A stretch of 32,000 bases of DNA from Ignicoccus islandicus DSM 13165 (GTDB lineage Archaea; Thermoproteota; Thermoprotei_A; Sulfolobales; Ignicoccaceae): NCBI RefSeq assembly GCF_001481685.1, contig NZ_CP006867.1, positions 900,001 through 932,000 of the forward strand, read 5' to 3'. The translations under genes were made by a program, and so were the position numbers. The notes under the pieces are model-generated. The model did not search any database and had not been told where the DNA came from. It saw only the letters and a list, made by a program, of their open reading frames with translations. This document shows, piece after piece, positions 6,917 to 15,745 of this stretch. How positions within the stretch are numbered: the first letter of the stretch is position 1; every line of letters begins with the position of its first letter.

Positions 6917-7497
6917 GATCTCACCGCCCACGCGGAAACTTCGCTTCCCGATGAGTCCTCGAATTGAACGTTATCCACGTAACACAAGGCTATCTTCTCC
7001 AAACCCGTGGGAAGCTTCACGTGAAAGTACGCGAAACCCGTGAAGGTGGGATTGGAGCAACTCGCCTTAGGTATTAAGGTCGAAACTGATGGGATGAATA
7101 CGAACACTTTGGCGTCGTTTATAATGGTTGGTTTAAAGGTTCCGGGAACTACGTAGAACAGCGGTTTCCCGTTACATTCGAGCTCTATAGTAGCGTACCC
7201 AGTGAACTCTATTCTAGGTAAGTTAGAGTAACAATAGGTTGCGTAAGATAGCGAAGTGCCGTTATTTAGGTCGTATACCTTTAAGTTGTTTGGATCGAAA
7301 GCGAAGAGATAGTTCCCTAGGCAATCGAGCGTGTACGAGCTCGCTTTTCTAACCATTTCAGCTACGTCCAATTGAGACCTAGATGAAGCCGTTTGCTTGT
7401 TCCAAGTAACTATTATCCCGGTCGCTAGACCAATTACTACCGCTGCCAGTAACGCTACGGCCAAGAGTTCCGAGGAACCTTTTTTCACTCTCACCAT
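6901..7497 (-). CDS. Type IV pilin-like protein (class III signal peptide), Cys-rich
   Basis: 198 aa. N-terminus MVRVKKG/SSELLAVALLAAVVIGLATGIIV. The rest is beta-rich and contains several Cys. It is the first gene of a two-gene minus-strand operon. Confidence 0.7.
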   Translation of the reverse strand: MVRVKKGSSELLAVALLAAVVIGLATGIIVTWNKQTASSRSQLDVAEMVRKASSYTLDCLGNYLFAFDPNNLKVYDLNNGTSLSYATYCYSNLPRIEFTGYATIELECNGKPLFYVVPGTFKPTIINDAKVFVFIPSVSTLIPKASCSNPTFTGFAYFHVKLPTGLEKIALCYVDNVQFEDSSGSEVSAWAVRSCVGA

Positions 7498-7544
7498 CCA
7501 TCAAAGCATTGCGTTACAAACGGTTTATTGATGTCGTTCGCGTT

Positions 7545-7568
7545 CTGAAACGCGAACGTCCGGCCTCA
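7545..7568. promoter_or_regulatory. Perfect 10-bp inverted repeat CGTTCGCGTT-ctga-AACGCGAACG in the divergent pilin-gene promoter region
   Basis: Read directly. It sits between a TATA-like element for the minus-strand operon (about 7527-7537) and TTATATTT (7571-7578) for the plus-strand giant gene. Confidence 0.55.
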
Positions 7569-7570
7569 CC

Positions 7571-7578
7571 TTATATTT
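7571..7578 (+). promoter_or_regulatory. TATA-box-like element TTATATTT for the giant pilin-like gene
   Basis: Located 33-40 bp upstream of ATG 7611 with no SD motif in between. This is consistent with a leaderless or near-leaderless archaeal transcript. Confidence 0.45.
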
Positions 7579-7610
7579 CATTTCTTCGTTCACATCGATG
7601 GCGTTTAATA

Positions 7611-10600
7611 ATGAAGCTAATGAAGGGTGGAATAGAGAACGTAATAACGTTAACGATACTCGTGATATTGTTAGTCTCAGCTATAATGATATTAGTTAGC
7701 GCCCTAGCTAGGCAAACGTCGCTACTTCAGACTCAAATAGAGAAAGCGTCCGAAGAGAAATTGAGCATTGCGTTGGCAACGAAAATAGGAGGTTGTGCGA
7801 GCAAGGTCTTCGACGTGGAAAATGGGGAGTGGGCCGTTATAATAAAGACGAACTCAACCGTGCCTTTCTGTAATTACGTAAGAGCCGTTCAAATAATAGG
7901 TACCCTGAACGGCGTTAAGAAGAGCTATCTAATAACGCTGAACCAAACAACCAAGGCGTGGGAGAGCCCTCAAACTTTAGCTACCTATCCCTCTTCTTGT
8001 GGAACGCCCATCAGCGTTCCTTATAGTCTCGATGGGTCCACTACCCCTCAAGGAACCTTCAGCAACGTAGTCCTCGAAGTCATAGGAATACCGAAGGAAT
8101 TCAAGCTTCAGTCCGTTCAGATACTAATAAGCGACGTTGGTTGGAGGGAGCTCCAGAGCTGTATAGTCGGTATCGGTGGTGGAGTAACGTATCAAGTGAC
8201 TCAAACCACCACAATATACAGCGTAGGTCCAGTTACTATAGTTGCGAGCGCGAACTTCAATCCCATGAAGTACCTATGTCCGCCGCCGAAGACCGTAGTT
8301 GGGGACGACAACGCTTACGAAATAGCTGTTATCTTGAATCCGCAAATGAACGGTACTAGGAACGACGTCCCGACTAGTTACTTAGTAGACCTCAAGAGCT
8401 TAATTGAAAGGGCGGCCCCGCCTAGTTCGCCCTTGAAGGTAAACGAAGACTACGTTTACATAAGGAACGTGACCGTCCTCGGCTTAAGGTCCACTCCAGG
8501 TTTAGGTCCCTATAGCTTAACAACGACTGGACCTCTACCTTGGAGCTTTACTGCATTGAACTATACCTCCGACGTTCCGCTGTATAAGAGCTCTGGGGTT
8601 CTAACCATAGGCTTTAACGCAACGACCCCAATGACCCCAACTAGCTTAACTCAATACAGCGCAGTCGTTTGCTTGTACCTAGGAATAAAGGGGCAAGTTC
8701 CAGCAGAAGCGACGGGAGTACTGGGCGACGTTAATAACGACGGTTACACCGATTGGAAAGAGATCAAAATACCTGGAGTTAGCAACGACCAATACAAGTG
8801 CTTCACCGGGACGGACTTCCACTACTGTTACATACCATCTATCTATGGTTACTATAATAGAACTCTAACCGATAAGTACGGGATTACGCTATCGGGACTT
8901 CAAGAGCCAGTAGATTCAACTCTCAGAGTTCCGAAAGTGATAATAAAGAATCCGAACGCCAAATCGCTCTTCGACTACGTAGTTAGAATAAAGCTCCCAA
9001 CGGAACTAGTCGGGAAGAACCTAACAGTACTCGATATGAATGGAGGGAAGCTCAGTTTCTGTTACGAAACTTCATTGGGCGACTGTTCGACCAATGCTGC
9101 TGAAGGAGATGGTTATATATGGGTAAGAGTTCCCTACATACCGGCTGGAGATAAGGCAGTCCTTCAGTTAGTTGAAGGCAAGAACGGAGCTAGGAATCCG
9201 CTAGAGGTATTCCCAGTATACGTAAGTTTCAGGAACGCTACCATGGACATAGACGAGTACAAGTACATCTGGTACTTCCCGGGCAACGCGTGGACCTTCG
9301 TAGCGGCAGTTTTCGATGATGCGAATGGATATACGAACTTCGTCAATAGCGATTCTGACTTCACTATAGTAGCGGACGTGCGTTGGGATGCAGCGCCTAA
9401 CCCAGACGTAGACGATAGGGTCGTCTACGGAACAGATGAATACTCTTCTAGGTTCATATACAACGTCTATCCAATTGCTTACAGCTACGACCCCAACACT
9501 GGAAACGGATGGGTCTTGGCCCTCTACAAGGGCCTGCCATTCATAAACGTTTATCGTAACGGAAACGCCGACATCATTGAGACCGCTCCGGAAGCGCTCA
9601 TACCGGGAATAAAGTATAGAATAGTTGCTGGCGTTGATTTAACTAACGGAAAGGCTTACGTTAGCGTGTTCCCGCTAGAGGAGGAGAGGGGCGAGAGACC
9701 ACAAATAACTTCCTTGACCAATGAACCTAAGAGGTTCGAAATACCCAACCAAGTTGGCCACAACGTTATAGTAATATCCGATGCGGACTATGCTACTCGG
9801 TCTTCCTTCTGGTCAACTAGCAACTACGCGTACAGCTTCTCGGGAATGATATATAACGTAACCTTGTTCGATGACTACCTAGATTCCAACGTGGCCGTTA
9901 GCTGCTACTTGGACTACAACGAAACGCTATGTCCTAAGATGGTATTTTACCTAAATGGATCAGATAGCGATGGACTTTATGCCAACCTCAATGGCATCAA
10001 TCTCAAGGCAAGGATATTTACGTTAAACGCTGACAATAGAAGGTTTAGCGTGAACGAGGTTACTGCTACTCCGTATCCCTTGGGCGGTGAGATCGATATG
10101 ACCGTCTACATAGGAGGCGACAAAACGCATCCAGTGAAAGTAGTAATGTATGGAACGCCAATGAATAACTTCTACGACCCTAACGCTGTAATAGACTTAG
10201 AGAACGTCGTCAAGAACTTACCTTCCATGTTCACAGGGGAATCATTTGTGATGAACACTACTGCCTTAGGTCTAGATACTGCATGGAACGTTATGCTCAA
10301 CATGCCAGCTCCCGAATCGACGAAGTACGAGGTCGTTGTTGGAGTTAACGGTGGAAGCTACTCAGACTATAATTCTCTATATGGCTGGAACATAATTTAC
10401 CCGCTAATCCCAGCCGTTGTTGCAGACGATACGGCTTGGTTGAAGTGGATGTTCTACGAAGACCCAGTAGATGGATATAGAATATCGTTCGTGAGGAACT
10501 CACCGAACTACGACGCATGGAGGATATACTTCCACTCGTTCGGAACTACTGTGGCAACCAAGCTTAGCGATCCCAACAAGCTATACTATACCGTTCTGAA

Positions 10601-11438
10601 ATACGACATGAGTCGTCCGAGCGTCACTATAAAGATGTACGAGGGGGGACCTCTGGGCACGATATTCTACTATTCTCTCAGTGATTTAAGTCAAACCAAC
10701 CTTGCAATATACTACGAGCAATTGAGACCGAAGTACATCAAGTACATAGGCATGGGTTACATTTACAGCAACGACGCCTTAGTTAGTGAAGACGAGAGGA
10801 TTTACTACTACATGTTCATGAGACCCTTAGCTGAACTAGAGCCCAGCGTTGAAGTTGAAATGCCGGACTTGAGCTCCCCTTACGTGGACTTGCCTATAGT
10901 CTACTATAGAGATGAAAGCTTCAACGTGAACGGAAACAATACGGAAGCCACAATAACGTACGACTTGCTGGGTAACGAGACGGACCTAAGTCCATATGGC
11001 TACGTCTACCTATCAAACGCCAATCTGGGACCTTTCACTGAACTTAACGACTTCACGTCTAATGCCGTTGTAGCGCCATTGTGGAGCGATAGGTCGTACG
11101 ACTTCAATGTTACGTACGTGAAGCTAGGCTTAAGTACTCCAGAGAACTGGACCGCGGTAGTTTGGTACTTAGGCTTAGGCAACGTCTCTGTAGCGATTAA
11201 CGATTACGGCGACTTCGCGTTCGATTACCACGGCGAAATAGCTCTACCGAACGCTTACGCAATAGGTCTGAACAACCCAGCTACTGAGGAGACCTTGCTA
11301 ATTATAGCAAAGGACGGAAACGGGGAATATAACGGATTACTGGGAAGCTTAACCGAACTAAGCAACGTATCGATAGTCGGAATTAATAAGAGGAACTGGT
11401 ACGTGCTAATAAGCGGGCCTTACTGCATCAAGTGTTAA
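7611..11438 (+). CDS. Giant (~1275 aa) surface protein with pilin-type class III signal peptide, DUF2341-like domain and probable lectin-like (LamG/concanavalin-type) region
   Basis: ATG 7611 gives MKLMKGG/IENVITLTILVILLVSAIMILVSAL. Nucleotides 8923-9195 encode VIIKNPNAKSLFDYVVRIKLP...LTVLDMNGGKLSFCYE...GYIWVRVPYIPAGDKAVLQLVEGKNG, the DUF2341 pattern. GDVNNDGYTDW (8722-8757) is a DxNxDGxxD calcium-loop-like motif. I counted about 19 N-x-S/T sequons by eye. The TTG-7509 extension in the ORF track is basic, non-hydrophobic and spans the promoter, so it is discounted. Confidence 0.8.
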   Translation: MKLMKGGIENVITLTILVILLVSAIMILVSALARQTSLLQTQIEKASEEKLSIALATKIGGCASKVFDVENGEWAVIIKTNSTVPFCNYVRAVQIIGTLNGVKKSYLITLNQTTKAWESPQTLATYPSSCGTPISVPYSLDGSTTPQGTFSNVVLEVIGIPKEFKLQSVQILISDVGWRELQSCIVGIGGGVTYQVTQTTTIYSVGPVTIVASANFNPMKYLCPPPKTVVGDDNAYEIAVILNPQMNGTRNDVPTSYLVDLKSLIERAAPPSSPLKVNEDYVYIRNVTVLGLRSTPGLGPYSLTTTGPLPWSFTALNYTSDVPLYKSSGVLTIGFNATTPMTPTSLTQYSAVVCLYLGIKGQVPAEATGVLGDVNNDGYTDWKEIKIPGVSNDQYKCFTGTDFHYCYIPSIYGYYNRTLTDKYGITLSGLQEPVDSTLRVPKVIIKNPNAKSLFDYVVRIKLPTELVGKNLTVLDMNGGKLSFCYETSLGDCSTNAAEGDGYIWVRVPYIPAGDKAVLQLVEGKNGARNPLEVFPVYVSFRNATMDIDEYKYIWYFPGNAWTFVAAVFDDANGYTNFVNSDSDFTIVADVRWDAAPNPDVDDRVVYGTDEYSSRFIYNVYPIAYSYDPNTGNGWVLALYKGLPFINVYRNGNADIIETAPEALIPGIKYRIVAGVDLTNGKAYVSVFPLEEERGERPQITSLTNEPKRFEIPNQVGHNVIVISDADYATRSSFWSTSNYAYSFSGMIYNVTLFDDYLDSNVAVSCYLDYNETLCPKMVFYLNGSDSDGLYANLNGINLKARIFTLNADNRRFSVNEVTATPYPLGGEIDMTVYIGGDKTHPVKVVMYGTPMNNFYDPNAVIDLENVVKNLPSMFTGESFVMNTTALGLDTAWNVMLNMPAPESTKYEVVVGVNGGSYSDYNSLYGWNIIYPLIPAVVADDTAWLKWMFYEDPVDGYRISFVRNSPNYDAWRIYFHSFGTTVATKLSDPNKLYYTVLKYDMSRPSVTIKMYEGGPLGTIFYYSLSDLSQTNLAIYYEQLRPKYIKYIGMGYIYSNDALVSEDERIYYYMFMRPLAELEPSVEVEMPDLSSPYVDLPIVYYRDESFNVNGNNTEATITYDLLGNETDLSPYGYVYLSNANLGPFTELNDFTSNAVVAPLWSDRSYDFNVTYVKLGLSTPENWTAVVWYLGLGNVSVAINDYGDFAFDYHGEIALPNAYAIGLNNPATEETLLIIAKDGNGEYNGLLGSLTELSNVSIVGINKRNWYVLISGPYCIKC

Positions 11439-11444
11439 ATTGAT

Positions 11445-12299
11445 TCATTTTTCCAGAAGTAACGCTATACTTAACCTCGGGAACTCGTCTAGGGGTTTGC
11501 CCATAATTCTCCCGAGCTCTTCAGCCCTGTCTACGAACTCCCATATCTTCTTCCTTACGCCCTCTAGACCGAATTTCTTGACTATTTCCTTAAAGACTGT
11601 CCCCGAAAAACCTACGTCCTTGTCCATGTCTCCGAGATCGTCAGCCATTTGATACGCTATTCCCAAATACATACCGTAGTTCCAAGAGACGTCAATTAGG
11701 TCTTCCCTACCGGCCGCTAAGGCGCCTAAGTACGTAGACAACGCGAAGAGGGAGGCGGTTTTAGCTTCAACTACCTTCAAGTAATCGCTCCAAACGTCGG
11801 ATCTGGAAGGAGGTCCGTAAACGTCCCATATTTCGCCTTTCGAGATAAGCTTCCATACCTCAACGACCTTGGTTATTGCCTTAATGCCATACGTTTTTAT
11901 TAACAGAATTGCGTGTGGTATTAGTAAATTGCTAACCATTACCGTGTTCCTCACCCCGTAAGCGATCCATGCGCTTGGCTTACCTCTCCTAACTTCGTCT
12001 TCATCTATTATGTCGTCTATTGACAAGGAGGCCGCGTGGACCATCTCCAAAGCCAGAGCTGCCGGAAGGGCGTCTCTAACGGTACCACCGAGAGCGGTTG
12101 CAACCATTATAGCTAAGGACCCCCTTAGCCTCTTTCCATCCATTAGAATGTACTTCCCTACTTCTATAGCCTTTCCCTCGTAGTCACTTTCGATCAACTC
12201 CTCTAGCTTCTTGTCTATTAATTCTCTCCATTGTATTAGCAGCTGTTTCACGTCGCTCACAGAATTATACCCACTGCCATTCTGCGAAAGGGTTATCAA
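11445..12299 (-). CDS. Geranylgeranyl diphosphate (polyprenyl) synthase
   Basis: 284 aa. First Asp-rich motif SIDDIIDEDEVRRGKPS and second Asp-rich motif YQMADDLGD. The TTG start at 12299 is uncertain; in-frame GTG candidates lie at 12260 and 12251. Confidence 0.85.
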   Translation of the reverse strand: MITLSQNGSGYNSVSDVKQLLIQWRELIDKKLEELIESDYEGKAIEVGKYILMDGKRLRGSLAIMVATALGGTVRDALPAALALEMVHAASLSIDDIIDEDEVRRGKPSAWIAYGVRNTVMVSNLLIPHAILLIKTYGIKAITKVVEVWKLISKGEIWDVYGPPSRSDVWSDYLKVVEAKTASLFALSTYLGALAAGREDLIDVSWNYGMYLGIAYQMADDLGDMDKDVGFSGTVFKEIVKKFGLEGVRKKIWEFVDRAEELGRIMGKPLDEFPRLSIALLLEK

Positions 12300-12371
12300 A
12301 AGTTATCCGTTATCGAATGGACAACGTACTTGAACTTCCTTCACCGCAATAACTAAACGGTATCTGGAGTA

Positions 12372-13496
12372 ATGTTGGAAGTAAGCGTTAGCTCCGCCGA
12401 GGCAATAAGTGGGATCCCCAAGTTTACGTCGGAGTCCAAGTTATGCGACGAAGTGATGATAGCTTACGTAGTTACTGGGGGAACCGAACGCTACCTGTTA
12501 GAGCTTTACGAAGCCTGTAAACCCAAGTTCCTTTTATTGGGAGCCTTTCCTAAAAGGAACTCCTTAGCAGCTGCGCTGGAAGCCTTGGAGGGTCTACCAA
12601 AGGGCGGACTTTACGTAATTAGAGACGAACGAGACTTCCTCAAGCTAAGAGCTATTGCCAACAGGGCCTCTAAACTGGCGAATTCCAAGGCTTTGTTAAT
12701 AGGCGGCGTGGCGCCTTGGTTGGTGGAAGTTCCGCAAAGGGAGACGCTCCGAGGAGTCCTCGGCCTCGAGGTAATTGACGTTGGGTGGGAAGAAGTGGAA
12801 ACAGCGTACGAGAGTTCGAGCGTTAACGAAGAGGAAGTCAAGTCACTCGTTTCCGGTGCATCCAAAGTTGAAGTGAACATTGAAGCTCTCGAGAGGGCAC
12901 TGAGGCTTAAGGAGGCATTGAGGAAGCTATTGGAAACCTACGGAGCCAGATCGTTAGCAATCAATTGCTTTGAATTAATAAAGAGAATGAATGTGACGCC
13001 TTGTTTGGCCTTATCGCTCCTCGCATCTGCTGGCACCCCCTCAGCGTGCGAAGGGGACTTGCTATCGTTAACTTCTCAGTGGATGAGTTACGTCGCCTAC
13101 GGCGTTGTAGGAGGCGTGTTTAACGTAGTGGAAATATTGGATCGGAAGGTTGCGTTAGCTCACTGCACTGCACCTATAACGATGTTGGATGAGTACGATT
13201 TAGTAACGCACTACGAGACCTCCGTTCCAGTAGCTATAAGGGGCAGGATCTCACCGGGTAGGGACTTGATAGCGCTTAGAGTAAATAGAGAGTTGAAAGA
13301 TCCTATAATATGGAAGGGAAAGAGCGTTGAAGGTCCTGAATTGAACGCATGTAGGACTCAAGTATGGATGGAGGTCGAAAACCTCTATGGTCTAAAGGGC
13401 AACCATCGAGTAGCGTTCCCCGCTTCCAGTTTAGCTGAGCTCTATTCCACGCTATGGGCGTTCGGAATAAGAACGAGGGAACCTCTTCCAACTTAA
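12372..13496 (+). CDS. L-fucose/L-arabinose isomerase-like sugar isomerase family protein
   Basis: 374 aa. The segment SLAINCFELIKRMNVTPCLALSLLASAGTPSACEGDLLSL...ALAHCTAP resembles the conserved core of COG2407-type isomerase-like proteins. This is a by-eye assignment only. Confidence 0.5.
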   Translation: MLEVSVSSAEAISGIPKFTSESKLCDEVMIAYVVTGGTERYLLELYEACKPKFLLLGAFPKRNSLAAALEALEGLPKGGLYVIRDERDFLKLRAIANRASKLANSKALLIGGVAPWLVEVPQRETLRGVLGLEVIDVGWEEVETAYESSSVNEEEVKSLVSGASKVEVNIEALERALRLKEALRKLLETYGARSLAINCFELIKRMNVTPCLALSLLASAGTPSACEGDLLSLTSQWMSYVAYGVVGGVFNVVEILDRKVALAHCTAPITMLDEYDLVTHYETSVPVAIRGRISPGRDLIALRVNRELKDPIIWKGKSVEGPELNACRTQVWMEVENLYGLKGNHRVAFPASSLAELYSTLWAFGIRTREPLPT

Positions 13497-13530
13497 AAGG
13501 AGTTCTTCGGCGTTGGGACTATGAAGCAAA

Positions 13531-13986
13531 ATGAGCCCAAAGGAACTAGACGAGCTAGATTACAAGATCCTCTCGGAACTCATGAAGGACGCTAGGAAGA
13601 GCGTTAGGGAAATAGCCAAGGCCGTTAATTCCTCTCCAGCCACCGTCCATTCCAGGCTACAGAAGCTCATAAAAAAAGGCGTTATAAGAGGCTTCATACC
13701 GCTGGTGGATAGCTCGAAGGTAGGGTATCCGGTAACGGCAATAATAATGGTTAGCGCCAAGGGCGAGATGTTAAGGAAGTTGGAAGAGGAACTCAGGAGC
13801 ATTAAGAACGTTATTGCAATATATGACATTACCGGAGATTACGACCTAATGATAATAGCTAAGTTCAGGGACATGGAAGGCTTGGACGTTTTCGTTAAAG
13901 ACCTCCTCGCTCGGGAGGAAGTAGTCAAGACATTAACCCACATTGCTTTCAACGTAGTGAAGGAGGACTTGCGATTACCATTATAG
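13531..13986 (+). CDS. Lrp/AsnC family transcriptional regulator
   Basis: 151 aa. N-terminal HTH LDELDYKILSELMKDARKSVREIAKAVNSSPATVHSRLQKLIKKGVIRGF, followed by an AsnC-type ligand-binding domain (AIIMVSAK...YDITGDYDLMIIAKFRD). Confidence 0.9.
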   Translation: MSPKELDELDYKILSELMKDARKSVREIAKAVNSSPATVHSRLQKLIKKGVIRGFIPLVDSSKVGYPVTAIIMVSAKGEMLRKLEEELRSIKNVIAIYDITGDYDLMIIAKFRDMEGLDVFVKDLLAREEVVKTLTHIAFNVVKEDLRLPL

Positions 13987-14010
13987 AAAAGTTGAAAAAC
14001 GTCTTCTAAT

Positions 14011-15102
14011 ATGAGATCAGTAGCCATGAAAAGAACATCGATCTTGATTACCCTGAGCTTAGTTCTATTAAATGCAATTGAATTAAAAGTGCTCTGGGAG
14101 TTCCATGGAATTAATGGGACTATTGAAGACTTAAAGTTCTCGACCAATGGTGTATTAGGAGTAGCGTCGTGGGACGGATGCGCCTATTTGATTAGTAGGG
14201 AAGGTATTTTATTGAACAAAACATGCGGATCTAGAGAAGTTTTAGGTGTAGATTACTTAAGTGGAATTTTCGGTTTCGTTAATCGTAGTGGCGAAGTTTA
14301 CTTAATTTACGAAAACGGGACCCTATTGAAGTCCTTCGAATCTGACTTCGACCGCGGTCAAGACATAGGACTAATCTCCAATGGGTTCCTGATTTGTCGA
14401 GGCTACTGTACGCTTTACGATTTAAATGGTAGGAAGAAGTGGGATACGTTCGTTGGAAGGCAGATCGTTCTAAGAGGTCGCTTGGTAATAGGCGGGCGAT
14501 GCGTTTTAAGAGGTGGTGTGGAAGACTTAGTAATTGGTAAAGGCTACGCATTCGCGGCCAACACTTACTCGGGAAGACTTCAGATAATTAGAATGGAAGA
14601 TGGGGAAATAGTTAATACACTCTACTTCCCTTCTTGGGTGCAAGGAGTTGGAATTTGTGGCAGTTACTTAGCAGTTATCGTGAACACTAAACTATACCTT
14701 TACGATGTGAGCGATCCGTCGAATCCTAAGATGGTGTGGAACGTTACTGGGGTTAACGTGTCTTGCAACGAGCACTCTCCGGAATTCTCAATGAACTGTA
14801 AGTATATAGCTATACCTGATGAAGGAAACGGTCAATTGAAAATATATGAAGTGGAGACGGGGCGACTGGTTTACTTCAAAAACGTACCTGGAATATGGTC
14901 TGTAGCTTGGTGGAGGGATAGAATAGCCGTTGGGTTGTATAACGGGACCTTAATAATGTATAGAGTTACTGATGAGCTCTTGGATAGCCCAGAAGCTGAA
15001 GTGGAACCGATACTTTTGAAATTGAACGAACCAATAATCTCCTTGCTAGGAACGCTCTCGCTTAACTTCTTCAAGAGGGTAACTTCGAGAAGGCCTCGGT
15101 AG
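14011..15102 (+). CDS. Secreted beta-propeller repeat protein (LVIVD/PQQ-like repeats)
   Basis: 363 aa. Signal-peptide-like N-terminus MKRTSILITLSLVLLNA (ATG 14026 is an alternative start). It has repeated short beta-strand/Gly units. LYLYDVSDPSNPKMVW matches the LVIVD repeat signature. GC is visibly lower than the flanks (about 35-45% in lines I counted). Confidence 0.6.
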   Translation: MRSVAMKRTSILITLSLVLLNAIELKVLWEFHGINGTIEDLKFSTNGVLGVASWDGCAYLISREGILLNKTCGSREVLGVDYLSGIFGFVNRSGEVYLIYENGTLLKSFESDFDRGQDIGLISNGFLICRGYCTLYDLNGRKKWDTFVGRQIVLRGRLVIGGRCVLRGGVEDLVIGKGYAFAANTYSGRLQIIRMEDGEIVNTLYFPSWVQGVGICGSYLAVIVNTKLYLYDVSDPSNPKMVWNVTGVNVSCNEHSPEFSMNCKYIAIPDEGNGQLKIYEVETGRLVYFKNVPGIWSVAWWRDRIAVGLYNGTLIMYRVTDELLDSPEAEVEPILLKLNEPIISLLGTLSLNFFKRVTSRRPR

Positions 15103-15109
15103 GGTAACC

Positions 15110-15131
15110 GCGAGGTCATCGGAGACCTCGC
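15110..15131. terminator. 8-bp stem hairpin GCGAGGTC-atcgga-GACCTCGC between convergent genes
   Basis: Read directly. It lies in the 70-bp gap between the 3' ends of the propeller gene and pyrE. Its role as a terminator or RNA-stability element is inferred. Confidence 0.35.
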
Positions 15132-15172
15132 ACACCCCGAAAATTCCTCATCGCTCAGCTACCCCGGAGCGT

Positions 15173-15745
15173 TCACCTCACGCCTCGGCGAGCATGACTC
15201 TCTTCATTGCTTCCTAATACGTCGCTGAGCCTCAACACGCTAATGAATTCGATCCCCCGGGAAGTTATTTCCTTCTCCGCGCCCTCTTCCCGATCTAGTA
15301 AGGTCGCAGCTAGGATCGGCTTTGCACCTATTTCCTCCAACGCTTCAATCGACTTCAATATGCTTGAGCCGGTGGTGGAGACGTCGTCAATTACTACGAT
15401 CTTCGCGCCTTCATCGATGCCCTCGACGAGCCTCTTTTGGCCGTACTCCTTCCTCTTAGGCCTCACGTATCCCATGGGCCAACCCAAGGTGAAGGACAAG
15501 TGCGCGGCCAGAGGTATTCCTCCCGTAGCTATTCCGGCTAAAGTAGCGTACTTAACCTTGCTCTTTATCTCTGCTGCCATTAATAATGCGGCTATTCTGG
15601 CCAGCTTGGGAAAGCTCCAAAGCCTCCTCATATCAACGTATATGTTACTCCTCTTTTTAGAGGATAGAATGAAGTTCCCTTTCTTGACCAGTCCGTATTC
15701 CCTTATTTTCCTAGCCAAGTACTTCTTGAAGAAGCAACAACCCAT
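15173..15745 (-). CDS. pyrE: Orotate phosphoribosyltransferase
   Basis: PRPP-binding motif KIVVIDDVSTTGSS, together with GNFILSSKKRSNIYVDMR and IATGGIPLA. The ORF is open to 15871, but PyrE homologs start about 10 aa before the G-x-F-x-L-S segment. ATG 15745 (or 15760) is therefore preferred; the start remains uncertain. Confidence 0.85.
   Translation of the reverse strand: MGCCFFKKYLARKIREYGLVKKGNFILSSKKRSNIYVDMRRLWSFPKLARIAALLMAAEIKSKVKYATLAGIATGGIPLAAHLSFTLGWPMGYVRPKRKEYGQKRLVEGIDEGAKIVVIDDVSTTGSSILKSIEALEEIGAKPILAATLLDREEGAEKEITSRGIEFISVLRLSDVLGSNEESHARRGVR

Noticed and set aside
6450-7043. A 197-aa plus-strand ORF antisense to the two small pilin-like genes.
   Set aside because: It is a shadow ORF. 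Its composition is Ser/Thr/Pro/Arg-rich, it has no start context, and it is fully antisense to ORFs with clear class III signal peptides.
7509-7610. The TTG-initiated 34-aa extension of the giant protein (MRYKRFIDVVRVLKRERPASPYISFLRSHRWRLI).
   Set aside because: It spans the inverted repeat and the TATA-like box. It would also bury the pilin-type signal peptide internally. ATG 7611 gives a canonical N-terminus.
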